Part shown: positions 19,684-28,170 of the stretch, piece after piece
Layout of the letters: each line of letters begins with the position of its first letter
Position numbering within the stretch: the first letter of the stretch is position 1
Assembly: GCA_945897315.1 (NCBI GenBank)
Contig: CAMDFF010000002.1
Location: 23,992-87,991 of the forward strand
From: a candidate division TM6 bacterium UASB124
Lineage (GTDB): Bacteria > Babelota > Babeliae > Babelales > RVW-14
Length of the DNA: 64,000 nt
Reading direction: 5' to 3'
The notes under the pieces: generated by a model
The model's database searches: none
What the model was told of the DNA's origin: nothing
What the model saw: the letters and a program-made list of their open reading frames with translations, nothing else
Position numbers and translations under genes: made by a program

Positions 19684-20823
19684 CTATCTGAACATTACTG
19701 GTGCGCTGATAATGCCTTGCTTTTCATAAGCAATAGCTCGTGCTTTAGCTTGCATAAGCGCATCCATGAGTGTTTCTTTTTTGCTTGTGACGCCTTCATC
19801 TTGTTCGCGAAACTCTAAAAAATAGACTGATTTTTCAGCAAGGTCGCGCTCTACGCGTTCGTAAAAAGTAAGTGGTAATGATGCGCCGGTTAGATCAAGA
19901 AAATAGTTGAAACGTTGCGTGAGAGTCCAGAGTAAATCATCTAGGTCGTCCATATGTTTAATAATATTGTATTCACCTAGCCGCTGTAGCCCTTGTGCCA
20001 TGGTTGTGAACGATGACCAAACACGGTCTGGCTGCTGTGGGTTCCACATCGTCTTGCCCAAGGCTGTGTCATAAAAACGAATAATAATAGTACGCAGACG
20101 CTCAATTACCTCTTGCTTGGCAGAGGCTTTCTTAACAGCTTCTATTTCATGGCTATAATGCTGTGCAAGATCATGTGCCAAATGTGTAACAAACGTGTCT
20201 GGCTCACGCTTAAAGAGGTCAATGTTCTTGGTGAATTTAGAAAAAATCATGCTCTCTATTTGTTTTTTAATGCGATTGAGATCATTTTTTTCTTGTCCAT
20301 GATTGTACTCCACAAAATAGCGTTCAAGGTGTTGTGGGCTTGCATCGAGTAGCTGCAAAATCACGCTGTCATCGACAATCTCTGCAGATTTCATCTTGTT
20401 GTAAAATAAACGCATAGAGACATACATCGCGTCAGGGCCGAGCTGCAGTTCATTACTGTAGTCCATAAATTGAATCATATGGGTGCCGCTTTGTGACAGT
20501 TCAGTTGCGTATGATTTGTGATTGTAGATATTCGTGACAAAATTAAGTAGCGAAGTGTTGTATGCAGCAGTTTTTGATAATGGTTGCGCTGGTAGCTCTT
20601 GTGGCATTCCCCTTGTAGAATCATAGCTTTCGAGTAGATTCTTCAATGAGGTTGCGGCAAATGTTGCAGGGCTTGTATCTTCTAATACGTCATTATGATC
20701 AACGATACTTGGTAGTTGTTGATCTGTTTGGTGCTCTGTTGGTAATGGATTGCCACAGGCTATTTCAGACGATACAATAGCAAGAAATAAAAGAACAAGA
20801 GAGACAGGCTGAATGATTCTCAT
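19684..20823 (-). CDS. hypothetical secreted protein
   Basis: 379 aa. N-terminal MRIIQPVSLVLLFLAIVSSEIACG, and the rest looks helical. No motif recognised. Divergent from gspF. Confidence 0.5.
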   Translation of the reverse strand: MRIIQPVSLVLLFLAIVSSEIACGNPLPTEHQTDQQLPSIVDHNDVLEDTSPATFAATSLKNLLESYDSTRGMPQELPAQPLSKTAAYNTSLLNFVTNIYNHKSYATELSQSGTHMIQFMDYSNELQLGPDAMYVSMRLFYNKMKSAEIVDDSVILQLLDASPQHLERYFVEYNHGQEKNDLNRIKKQIESMIFSKFTKNIDLFKREPDTFVTHLAHDLAQHYSHEIEAVKKASAKQEVIERLRTIIIRFYDTALGKTMWNPQQPDRVWSSFTTMAQGLQRLGEYNIIKHMDDLDDLLWTLTQRFNYFLDLTGASLPLTFYERVERDLAEKSVYFLEFREQDEGVTSKKETLMDALMQAKARAIAYEKQGIISAPVMFR

Positions 20824-20974
20824 GGCAATGCCTTTCGCATAGAAAGTTTTTTAAATAAATGATGATTGTAAAATAGCTGCTGAATGTGTCACAGTTCATA
20901 GCAAAGGTAAAAAGATTTTGGCAAGAGCTTGGGAAGATTAGCGTCCTGAGAGCCATTAGGGGAGTTGCAACGTT

Positions 20975-22192
20975 ATGCCGTTATATCACTACGAATCATT
21001 AAATCGCCGAGGCGTTCGCGTTAAGGGTACGATAGACGCATCAACTTTGCAAGTCGCAAAAGAGACATTGCAAGGACAGGGCCTTATGCCTATCAGCTTA
21101 GCGGAAGTAGGTGCTGATGGTGGTGCTGGTTTTTCACTAGCGCGCTTGTTTGAGCGCCCAGTAGAGTTGAAAACAGTAATTTTATTTACAAAGCAGCTTG
21201 CTGTACTTTTGAAATCAGGCGTTCCACTGTTGCAGGGCATAGAGCTTCTAACGGAACAGTTTGAAGGTCGATTCAAGCGCATTCTTATTGCCACTAAAGA
21301 TGGTTTAAAATCTGGCGAATCGCTTGCTAAAGAGTTAGCACGCTATCCACGTATTTTCCCAAATGTATATGTTCAGCTAGTAAAAGCTGGGGAAGCAAGC
21401 GGAAAATTAGACACTATTTTGTTACGCTTAACTGAGTATATGCTGCGCACAGAAGAGACTCGCGGCAAGATTAAAAAAGCAATGTCATACCCTCTTATTA
21501 TGTTAGGAGTCGCATGTGCCGTGATTGTTGGCTTGTTAACCAAAATGGTACCAAGTATGAAAGGAATCTTTCAGCAGGGCGGTAAAGAGCTTCCTGGAAC
21601 AACGCAGTTTTTAGTTGATGCATCTGATTTTTTGCTGGGTAATTATATTATGCTTTCGGGACTACTTTTATTGATTCTTCTTCTGGGGTGCTACTGGCGA
21701 TCAACACCGCAGGGTAAGTATCAGATTGATAATTTGTTTTTATCTTTTCCTGTGACGGCCTATTTTTCACGGACTAAAGCAGTTGTTCAATTTACTAAAA
21801 CATTAGGAATGCTGCTTGAAAGTGGCGTAAACTTGCCAGAAGCGCTTGATATTGTGTGTAATATTGTAGACAACAAAGTACTGACGCAAAAACTTAAGCT
21901 CGCGCAAGACAAAATTATTAAAGAAGGTAAAATAGCTCGCTACTTAAAAGAGACGGGTATTTTCCCCAGTATTGCTAGTTACATGATTAGTACTGGTGAG
22001 CAATCGGGGCAATTGTCTCAGATGTTGCTCACTGTTGGGAATGACTATGATGTTGAATTGAATGAACTTACTGAGAGCTTAACAGCAAAGATTGCGCCCA
22101 TTATGACAGTTCTTTTAGTTGGGCTTGTTGGTTTTATTATGATATCGGTTTTATTGCCAATCATGAGCATGGGTGATCTGGCAGGGATTTAA
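20975..22192 (+). CDS. gspF: type II secretion system inner-membrane platform protein F (GspF/PilC family)
   Basis: 405 aa with two repeated T2SSF-type domains (FTKQLAVLLKSGVPLLQGIELL and FTKTLGMLLESGVNLPEALDIV) and three TM segments. Confidence 0.85.
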   Translation: MPLYHYESLNRRGVRVKGTIDASTLQVAKETLQGQGLMPISLAEVGADGGAGFSLARLFERPVELKTVILFTKQLAVLLKSGVPLLQGIELLTEQFEGRFKRILIATKDGLKSGESLAKELARYPRIFPNVYVQLVKAGEASGKLDTILLRLTEYMLRTEETRGKIKKAMSYPLIMLGVACAVIVGLLTKMVPSMKGIFQQGGKELPGTTQFLVDASDFLLGNYIMLSGLLLLILLLGCYWRSTPQGKYQIDNLFLSFPVTAYFSRTKAVVQFTKTLGMLLESGVNLPEALDIVCNIVDNKVLTQKLKLAQDKIIKEGKIARYLKETGIFPSIASYMISTGEQSGQLSQMLLTVGNDYDVELNELTESLTAKIAPIMTVLLVGLVGFIMISVLLPIMSMGDLAGI

Positions 22193-22211
22193 TTACTAGT
22201 GAAAGGACGTT

Positions 22212-22652
22212 ATGAATACGCAACATAAGCAGGCGTTTACGCTTATTGAAATGTTAATGGTTGTTGGTTTAATAGTCTTAGTTTTTGGCTTATTGGGACC
22301 AAAAATTGCTGGCTTACTTGGTAAAAAAGATAAAGCTGCCATGCAATTTAAAATGGTTGCCATTCAAGAGGCGCTCAATGAGTACCGCATGGAGTTTGGT
22401 GCTTATCCAAGCACGCGAGAGGGGCTGCACGCCCTGGTAGAAAACCCACGGCCTAATGATCCTCGGTACCAAGCTGCGGCAGGCAGATGGCCCTTTGCAA
22501 AAGAAGATGGGATTACCGACCAAGCAGGCAATGAAATAATTTATCACTGTCCGCCGGAAGAGTTTAAGAATAAGTACAAGACCTATGAGCTTATTTATCT
22601 TGGTACGACCCAGGCTGAAGATGCGCCTGACCGTTTAGACGCTGGTGCGTAA
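22212..22652 (+). CDS. gspG: major pseudopilin GspG
   Basis: MNTQHKQA/FTLIEMLMVVGLIVL prepilin motif. AMQFKMVAIQEALNEYRMEFGAYPSTREGLHALV matches the GspG core. Confidence 0.85.
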   Translation: MNTQHKQAFTLIEMLMVVGLIVLVFGLLGPKIAGLLGKKDKAAMQFKMVAIQEALNEYRMEFGAYPSTREGLHALVENPRPNDPRYQAAAGRWPFAKEDGITDQAGNEIIYHCPPEEFKNKYKTYELIYLGTTQAEDAPDRLDAGA

Positions 22653-22662
22653 ATAATTTAAA

Positions 22663-22753
22663 TTCCCGCTCTTTCTCGCCTGAAGGCTTCGTCCTTCGAC
22701 AGGCTCCATACTGCGCTCAGGTAGCTTCGAATGGCAGGCAGGAGGAGCGGGTT
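22663..22753. repeat. palindromic repeat element, compact copy (family member I1)
   Basis: The termini ttcccgctctttctcg ... ggaggagcgggtt are inverted. The left half is colinear with 58907..58950 (ttcccccgctttttctcgtcct...cttcgac). Confidence 0.7.
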
Positions 22754-22788
22754 TTGCTACGTTGGGTGGTCTTTTTGATTGGGGCTTG

Positions 22789-23445
22789 ATGGGCTTTTTT
22801 AAGCAAAATATACCGGTAAATTTTCTTTGCTCCGCTCACCCTGAGCTTGTCGAATGGGCGACGTCCGCTAGGACGAGAACGAGCGGGAACACACAACAAG
22901 AATCTCCCTCTGCATTTACGGTCATAGAGCTTTTGCTGGTTATTTTCTTGGGAGGCTTGCTGACGTCGATGGTGTTGCCATTATTGAACCGACAACGGCC
23001 GCAAGAGACGTGGGAGACGCTGCAGGAAGATTTAAATCAGCTTGCATCTTTTGCGCGTGAAGAAGCACTTACTAGGCGCAAAATCTATCGCATAGTGTTT
23101 CAACAAAAGCCTCAGGCTGAAGGCAAAATATTTGTAGAAGAAGAACATACTGATCCTGAACAGCCCGAAAAAAAAACATACAATGCTGTACCCGCTGGTT
23201 ATCAAAAAACATCATTAACGTTAGAGAATGGTAGAACGTTACGTGCTGTATACATCGGAAAACGCAATGTTCTAACTGATCAAGATCCACAGGCATTTTG
23301 CTATGTTATTCCTGATGGGATGATGCAACCAGTTACGATACAGATAGTGCGGGCCCATAAAAATTATGAAGAAATTGTGTCTTTCCAGTTAAATCCCTTT
23401 ATGGGAAGTTTTGATCGTCATGATGGCAAGCTTAAACCAGAATAA
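22789..23445 (+). CDS. minor pseudopilin (GspH-like by position) with an abnormally long leader
   Basis: The prepilin motif SA/FTVIELLLVIFLGGLL begins at nt 22915. The nearest in-frame starts are ATG 22789, TTG 22786 and TTG 22762, so the leader would be 42-51 aa and is encoded partly by repeat I2. Confidence 0.6.
   Translation: MGFFKQNIPVNFLCSAHPELVEWATSARTRTSGNTQQESPSAFTVIELLLVIFLGGLLTSMVLPLLNRQRPQETWETLQEDLNQLASFAREEALTRRKIYRIVFQQKPQAEGKIFVEEEHTDPEQPEKKTYNAVPAGYQKTSLTLENGRTLRAVYIGKRNVLTDQDPQAFCYVIPDGMMQPVTIQIVRAHKNYEEIVSFQLNPFMGSFDRHDGKLKPE
22832..22889. repeat. single ~58-bp module of the same repeat family (I2)
   Basis: ccgctcaccctgagcttgtcgaatgggcgacgtccgctaggacgagaacgagcgggaa. It is near-identical in layout to 30029..30084 and to the reverse complement of 58907..58967. 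Confidence 0.8.
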
Positions 23446-23842
23446 ATCTGCATTCACACTCATCGAAGTACTGATGGTGCTGGGGCTTTTAACACTTAGC
23501 CTAGGTATTATCGTACAAATGCAGATGCGCTCGCTTAATCGGTTGGAGCAAGATCGCGATATGCTGCAAAAAGTTTATATTCTCAGACGCTCCATGTTGG
23601 ATGCGCTTAAAATACCAAAAGCAGACAGATTGCAATTGATAAAAAAAGATTATGAAGACGGCGAGATTAAGACCAAGACTACGTTGCATGATATTGGCAA
23701 AAAATCGAAGCTAAAAAGTTTTGGGAAAAGCATGAAAATGCTTGCGACGGATGCAACCTGGCAGTTGCGTCCTGGCTACAAGCAGCATGCACAACTGATT
23801 TATTTTATGTATCTACCTGATGAAGAAAAGAAACGGACCTAA
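23420..23842 (+). CDS. minor pseudopilin (GspI-like by position and size)
   Basis: MMASLNQNKSA/FTLIEVLMVLGLLTL. About 140 aa. Confidence 0.65.
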   Translation: MMASLNQNKSAFTLIEVLMVLGLLTLSLGIIVQMQMRSLNRLEQDRDMLQKVYILRRSMLDALKIPKADRLQLIKKDYEDGEIKTKTTLHDIGKKSKLKSFGKSMKMLATDATWQLRPGYKQHAQLIYFMYLPDEEKKRT

Positions 23843-23845
23843 CCT

Positions 23846-24844
23846 ATGAAGCGGTATGGTTTTACTATTCTAGAAATGCTTTTAGCTGTAGGCCTTTCGT
23901 GTGTACTGCTGTATGGTCTGATGTATGCGTTTTTGTCAGTGACACGCTATGTTACGGTCATGCGTGAAATGACGACTATGCAGCGTGCTGTGGGGCTGAC
24001 ATTTTATCAGCTGCGTACTGATGTGAGCGCGGCGTTTGTACCAGAAGTGCTATACAAAGATGAAACAGCGGAAGAAAAGCAAAAGCAAAAAGCAGCGGAC
24101 GCGCAGCTAAGTAAAGAGAAAAAAGAGGCGCAAGACAAAGCTGCCTTTAAATCGTATTTTTTGCTTTCGTTTGACGATCATCTTGATGCAAGCAAAATTG
24201 AAGGAACGCGTCGATATCCCTTTAAAATACTGAGTTTTGTGACGACTAATCCATTACACGTTTTTGGGCAAAAACAGCCTCGCTTAGTGCGCGTTGTGTA
24301 TGAAATAATTCGTAATAAAAAGAGATCAACACGAGATCGAGATGTGTTCTCATTGAGACGCAAAGAAGTAACCGATATTGCCAATGCTGAGGCTAAAGCA
24401 GGTTTTAAAGACAAAGAGCGTGAAAAAGACACTGAAGATGCTATTGTGCAGAGCTACGTGGTTGCTGATAATTTGCGTGGGGCTTACCTTGAATGTGAGC
24501 TGCTGAAAAAAGATGTGCCTCGTAAAAAAGATGAGACTGAAAAAGAGATCCCTGAAGGGGAGATGGTGCAAAGTACGACCTGGGGAGATAAAGATCCACT
24601 GCAGGGGTTTGTGCCTCGTAGCGTGAGCTGCTGGTTGTGGTTTTGGCAGGGTGATTCGCAAAAATCGATTTTGTTTGGTGAGGTGATTGAAATTAAGAGC
24701 TACCCGTCAATCCATGTAACTATTGAAGAAAAAAAATCTGAAAAGCCAACAGAGCAACCAGTTCAGCAATTAGCACCGCAGTCTCCACCTGCAGCAGAGG
24801 CTACACAACTAGGTATTGCGCTTGTACCAGGGGTGCCATCATGA
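23846..24844 (+). CDS. minor pseudopilin (GspJ-like by position), enlarged
   Basis: MKRYG/FTILEMLLAVGL. 332 aa with charged K/E-rich insertions and a P/Q-rich tail. Confidence 0.6.
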   Translation: MKRYGFTILEMLLAVGLSCVLLYGLMYAFLSVTRYVTVMREMTTMQRAVGLTFYQLRTDVSAAFVPEVLYKDETAEEKQKQKAADAQLSKEKKEAQDKAAFKSYFLLSFDDHLDASKIEGTRRYPFKILSFVTTNPLHVFGQKQPRLVRVVYEIIRNKKRSTRDRDVFSLRRKEVTDIANAEAKAGFKDKEREKDTEDAIVQSYVVADNLRGAYLECELLKKDVPRKKDETEKEIPEGEMVQSTTWGDKDPLQGFVPRSVSCWLWFWQGDSQKSILFGEVIEIKSYPSIHVTIEEKKSEKPTEQPVQQLAPQSPPAAEATQLGIALVPGVPS

Positions 24845-25956
24845 TGCATCAACGTCGCGGGTCAGTCGTTCTTTATGCGCTGATGATGATCGCTGCAATG
24901 ATTTTTTTGGTGCAGGGCCTGATCAAAGGGGTGTTTTTAAATAATCGATTTACCAGCTCTATGCTTGCGCGTGAGCAAGCAGAATTGCTTGCCTATAGTG
25001 GCATTCAGCTAGCCATTGCCCAGCTCAGCCTAACTGACGACACCGAGGCAGATGCTAAAGAGTCTTCAGGTGCAGATAAAAATGCAAAACCTGACGAAGG
25101 CAAAAAAATGAAGGCGATGCTCAAGCGAGTATTGCCCCATCTGAATCGCTGGCAGACGTGTAAGCTTAACAAGAAAACAGATCAGGTAGACGGGACTATC
25201 AAATTTTGTATCTCTTCTGAACAGGGAAAATTGAATATTAACGAGGTATTTGATTTTTCGAATATGAGTTTTAAAAAGCCATTTGCGGAGTTTATTCGAG
25301 GTCTAGATATTAAGCCGACACTCAAAAAAGGCGAGGTACATGATCGCTTAGTTGAGTTTTTTAAGAAGCGTAAAAAACGATTATATGATGTATCAGAACT
25401 GCTTATGGTTCCTGGTTTGCAAACGCTTGATATTTTTTATAATCCGCCATCTATCCCAGGAAAAGGCAAATCAAGTATGCCAAATGTGAATGTAACATTA
25501 CTTGACGTGTTTACGGTTTGGACTGACAATGATAAAATAAACCCGTTTTGGTTTTCTGATAGTTGGTGTGGCATGCTTAATTTACGGCGGGCGCATGCTG
25601 ATGATGCTGAAAAACAAAAAGAGGCATTTAAAAAAGTTATCGAACAAATTAAGCCAGAAACTAAGCCAGACTGGGATCAGCAGTGGCAAATCGTTGAGCC
25701 GTTATATGGTCAAAAACCTAAAATAATAAGTAGCTTGAAAGATAATTTTACTAAAGAATTTGGGAGCACCGTTTATTCTGTGCTATCTTGTGGAAAAGTT
25801 GAAGAGGTGGAGTGTCAGCTCCTTGCTATTTTGAAAGAGCAAGCTGTTACTGAAAAAACAGCAAAGCCGAAAGATAACACACAGAATGAAACCAAAACAG
25901 AGCCAGGCGGTCAAGCCAAGAAAATGCTCAAAATACTCAGAATATATTGGCTGTGA
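24841..25956 (+). CDS. gspK: minor pseudopilin GspK-like
   Basis: MMHQRRGSVVLYALMMIAAMIFLV is the GspK-type N-terminus, which lacks the processed F/E motif. 371 aa. ATGA overlap with the upstream gene. Confidence 0.6.
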   Translation: MMHQRRGSVVLYALMMIAAMIFLVQGLIKGVFLNNRFTSSMLAREQAELLAYSGIQLAIAQLSLTDDTEADAKESSGADKNAKPDEGKKMKAMLKRVLPHLNRWQTCKLNKKTDQVDGTIKFCISSEQGKLNINEVFDFSNMSFKKPFAEFIRGLDIKPTLKKGEVHDRLVEFFKKRKKRLYDVSELLMVPGLQTLDIFYNPPSIPGKGKSSMPNVNVTLLDVFTVWTDNDKINPFWFSDSWCGMLNLRRAHADDAEKQKEAFKKVIEQIKPETKPDWDQQWQIVEPLYGQKPKIISSLKDNFTKEFGSTVYSVLSCGKVEEVECQLLAILKEQAVTEKTAKPKDNTQNETKTEPGGQAKKMLKILRIYWL

Positions 25957-25977
25957 TAAACAGCACGAGGTGCTATT

Positions 25978-27507
25978 GTGAAGCTTGAGACTAAAGTTGG
26001 TTTTTTTATCCTCGCTGCTGTCGGGGTGTTTTTGTATTTAAGTATTAATATTCGTGCGTTGCGGCTGGATAAAAATCGCTACAATGAATATAAAGCCTAT
26101 TTTGATGATACCTCTGGGTTGAATAAAAAAGCGCCGGTTAAAATTGCGGGTGTTGATGTGGGCTGGGTTGAGCACATTAGCTTGCTGAGTGACGGGAAAG
26201 CTGAAGTAGTCATGCTGATTGATAAGCACATTCGACTAGCAAAAAATGCCCATGCCATGATTCATCAAGATGGTTTGATTGGCGTTAAGACGTTGGAAAT
26301 TGACCCAGGAGATCCATCAACAGGCGTTATGCTTGCCGGTAGTACATTAGCATTGCCAGGGAAAAGTCCTGCAACTGTTGGGGAGCTGCTTGATCAGTTC
26401 AGAGACATTGCAAGCACGATTCAGGATGTTACTTCATCCTTTAAAAATGTTTTTGCATCGCGCCGTGGTGAAGAGCAGATGCGTGCAACGCTTGATGCTG
26501 TTTCTAAGGCGTCTTCGCGTATGGCTGATTTCTCTGAGGTACTTGAGCGGACCATCAAAGGTAATGAGCATAATATCAATACAATTGTTGCTGATTTACA
26601 TACGACAATAGCCGATTTTAAAGATCAACATCTTGCAGACAAAGCGTCTGTAACCCTTACTAAAGCATCAGATGCTTGTGAAAATGTTTCAGATGCGGCG
26701 ATTCAGGGCCGTGAAACGTTACGAGAAGCCGGCGAGGTCGTTGGCAAAATTAATAGTGGCAAAGGTCTGATTGGTAAGCTGATTAATGAAGATGAAACGT
26801 ACACCGATATTAAAAAGACGGTACGTGGGGTTAAAGATTACATTAGTAAGACGCAGTCGCTGATGTTGAGCATCGATATGCACAGTGAGTCGATGTTGCG
26901 GCATACCAATTCGAAGGGATACTTTGAGTTGCGGTTACGTCCAAGTGCTGATTATTTCTATCAAATCCAAATGGTTGCTGATGAGCAAGGCAGTGTGAGC
27001 CGTGAGCGTGTTCGTAGATCATACTTCGACAGCAGCGGCGTGCAGCTTGAAACAAACAATGTGCCTAAGCTTGAGCCATGGGCAAAATTTGAATACTCTC
27101 AAGAGAAAGAACGTGTTGTCCAGCGCAAAAATGATATTATGTTTGGCTTGCAGTTTGGTAAGCGCTTCAATCGGCTTGCCTTCCGCGTGGGTTTATTTGA
27201 AAATTCCTTTGGTGGGGCTGTTGATTGGTATGTTCCTCTCGAGACAGATTCGTTTCACTGGATTACATCGCTTGAGGCTTTCGATTTTGGTGGCTACAAG
27301 CGGTTTGATACAACTGATCATCGTCCTCACGTTAAATGGTTAAACAAAGCGTTCTTTATGAAAAATCTCTATACCTGTTTTGGGCTTGATGATATTTACG
27401 GTAAAAAAGGTGCTAACCCATTCTGGGGTGGGGGATTGCGGTTTAATGATGATGATCTTAAATATTTCTTGTCATCATTTGGCGCTGCGGCAAAGCCAAG
27501 CAAATAG
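25978..27507 (+). CDS. MCE/MlaD-domain protein with a long C-terminal extension
   Basis: GTG start after GAGGTG. N-terminal TM (VGFFILAAVGVFLYL), then an MCE domain (YKAYFDDTSGLNKKAPVKIAGVDVGWVEHISL...IHQDGLIGVKTLEIDPG). About 350 further residues follow. Confidence 0.75.
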   Translation: MKLETKVGFFILAAVGVFLYLSINIRALRLDKNRYNEYKAYFDDTSGLNKKAPVKIAGVDVGWVEHISLLSDGKAEVVMLIDKHIRLAKNAHAMIHQDGLIGVKTLEIDPGDPSTGVMLAGSTLALPGKSPATVGELLDQFRDIASTIQDVTSSFKNVFASRRGEEQMRATLDAVSKASSRMADFSEVLERTIKGNEHNINTIVADLHTTIADFKDQHLADKASVTLTKASDACENVSDAAIQGRETLREAGEVVGKINSGKGLIGKLINEDETYTDIKKTVRGVKDYISKTQSLMLSIDMHSESMLRHTNSKGYFELRLRPSADYFYQIQMVADEQGSVSRERVRRSYFDSSGVQLETNNVPKLEPWAKFEYSQEKERVVQRKNDIMFGLQFGKRFNRLAFRVGLFENSFGGAVDWYVPLETDSFHWITSLEAFDFGGYKRFDTTDHRPHVKWLNKAFFMKNLYTCFGLDDIYGKKGANPFWGGGLRFNDDDLKYFLSSFGAAAKPSK

Positions 27508-27535
27508 GTAGTTGATAAATTTTGATCGGTAAATT

Positions 27536-27578
27536 AACCCCTCGCACAGTGCGTACAGCATTCTGCGAGGGGTTTTTG
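27536..27578 (+). terminator. rho-independent terminator of the MCE gene
   Basis: AACCCCTCGCA-(18 nt)-TGCGAGGGGTT followed by a T-run. Confidence 0.7.
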
Positions 27579-27581
27579 CAT

Positions 27582-27612
27582 GAAAAAGCCCCCGGTTGCA
27601 AACCGAGGGCTT
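27582..27612 (-). terminator. rho-independent terminator of the 65-aa gene
   Basis: On the minus strand: AAGCCCTCGG-tttgcaa-CCGGGGGCTT followed by TTTTT (one mismatch in the stem). Confidence 0.55.
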
Positions 27613-27642
27613 AGGTAATTTTAAAAAGACCTGGGTTGGCGA

Positions 27643-27840
27643 TTAGGCGCGGCCGATACCTGAAGGGTTGGGAAGCGGGCAGACATCGTCCCAGTCTTCA
27701 TCAGAGAAGCTTTCGTACTCATCTTCATCAACAAAAACAAACGCGATATTGTAGCTTGGCTCGTAAATAGCCTGGTACTCGCTGCTGTAGGTGCAAGATA
27801 GGGGAATGATGGAGTTGTGCAGGTCAGATGGTGTGTTCAT
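27643..27840 (-). CDS. small acidic hypothetical protein
   Basis: 65-aa ORF with a D/E-rich stretch (VDEDEYESFSDEDWDD) and its own terminator. No motif recognised. Confidence 0.35.
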   Translation of the reverse strand: MNTPSDLHNSIIPLSCTYSSEYQAIYEPSYNIAFVFVDEDEYESFSDEDWDDVCPLPNPSGIGRA

Positions 27841-27951
27841 GAAATGGGCCTAAATCGAGCATGGTAATGGTTTCGTGTAAGAGAAATATACCGCCCAATT
27901 TTGTTTTTTCAATCAAAAAATATAAAAAACTATAAATATTTCTAGTGAGAT

Positions 27952-28041
27952 TTATTTGATCTGCTCGATGCGGTTTAAAAATACACTTAGGAGGCGATAG
28001 TCTTTGCCAGAGAGCAAAGGCAAAGGGGATGAAATATTTTC
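27952..28041 (-). pseudogene. orphan 3' fragment paralogous to the C-terminus of the 29615..30379 gene
   Basis: The minus strand reads ENISSPLPLLSGKDYRLLSVFLNRIEQIK*. The real gene ends EEISHGFALLSGNDYRRLKVFLHRIEQIK*, so 20 of 29 residues are identical. The fragment has no start codon, and an in-frame stop lies just upstream. Confidence 0.65.
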
Positions 28042-28043
28042 AC

Positions 28044-28081
28044 AAAAAATGAGCAGGGGTTAGTAAAAACTAACCCCTGCT
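28044..28081 (-). terminator. rho-independent terminator of the 28171..29484 gene
   Basis: 12-bp perfect stem AGCAGGGGTTAG / CTAACCCCTGCT, followed on the minus strand by TTTTTT. Confidence 0.75.
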
Positions 28082-28170
28082 GCCCAATCCTAGGCGATCA
28101 ACAGTTGTGAATGGCGATTTTTAATATTTACTTTTTTGTGCTCGGCGAAGCGAGGTCTTCTCGCGTAGGC

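Noticed and set aside
22717-22899. 60-aa minus-strand ORF (..RPFDKLRVSGAKK..) between gspG and the next pseudopilin
   Set aside because: It is a translation of the palindromic repeat elements I1/I2. The same peptide-like strings (KLRVSG, LTLSLS, HPELVEW) appear wherever the repeat occurs, in whichever frame happens to be open.
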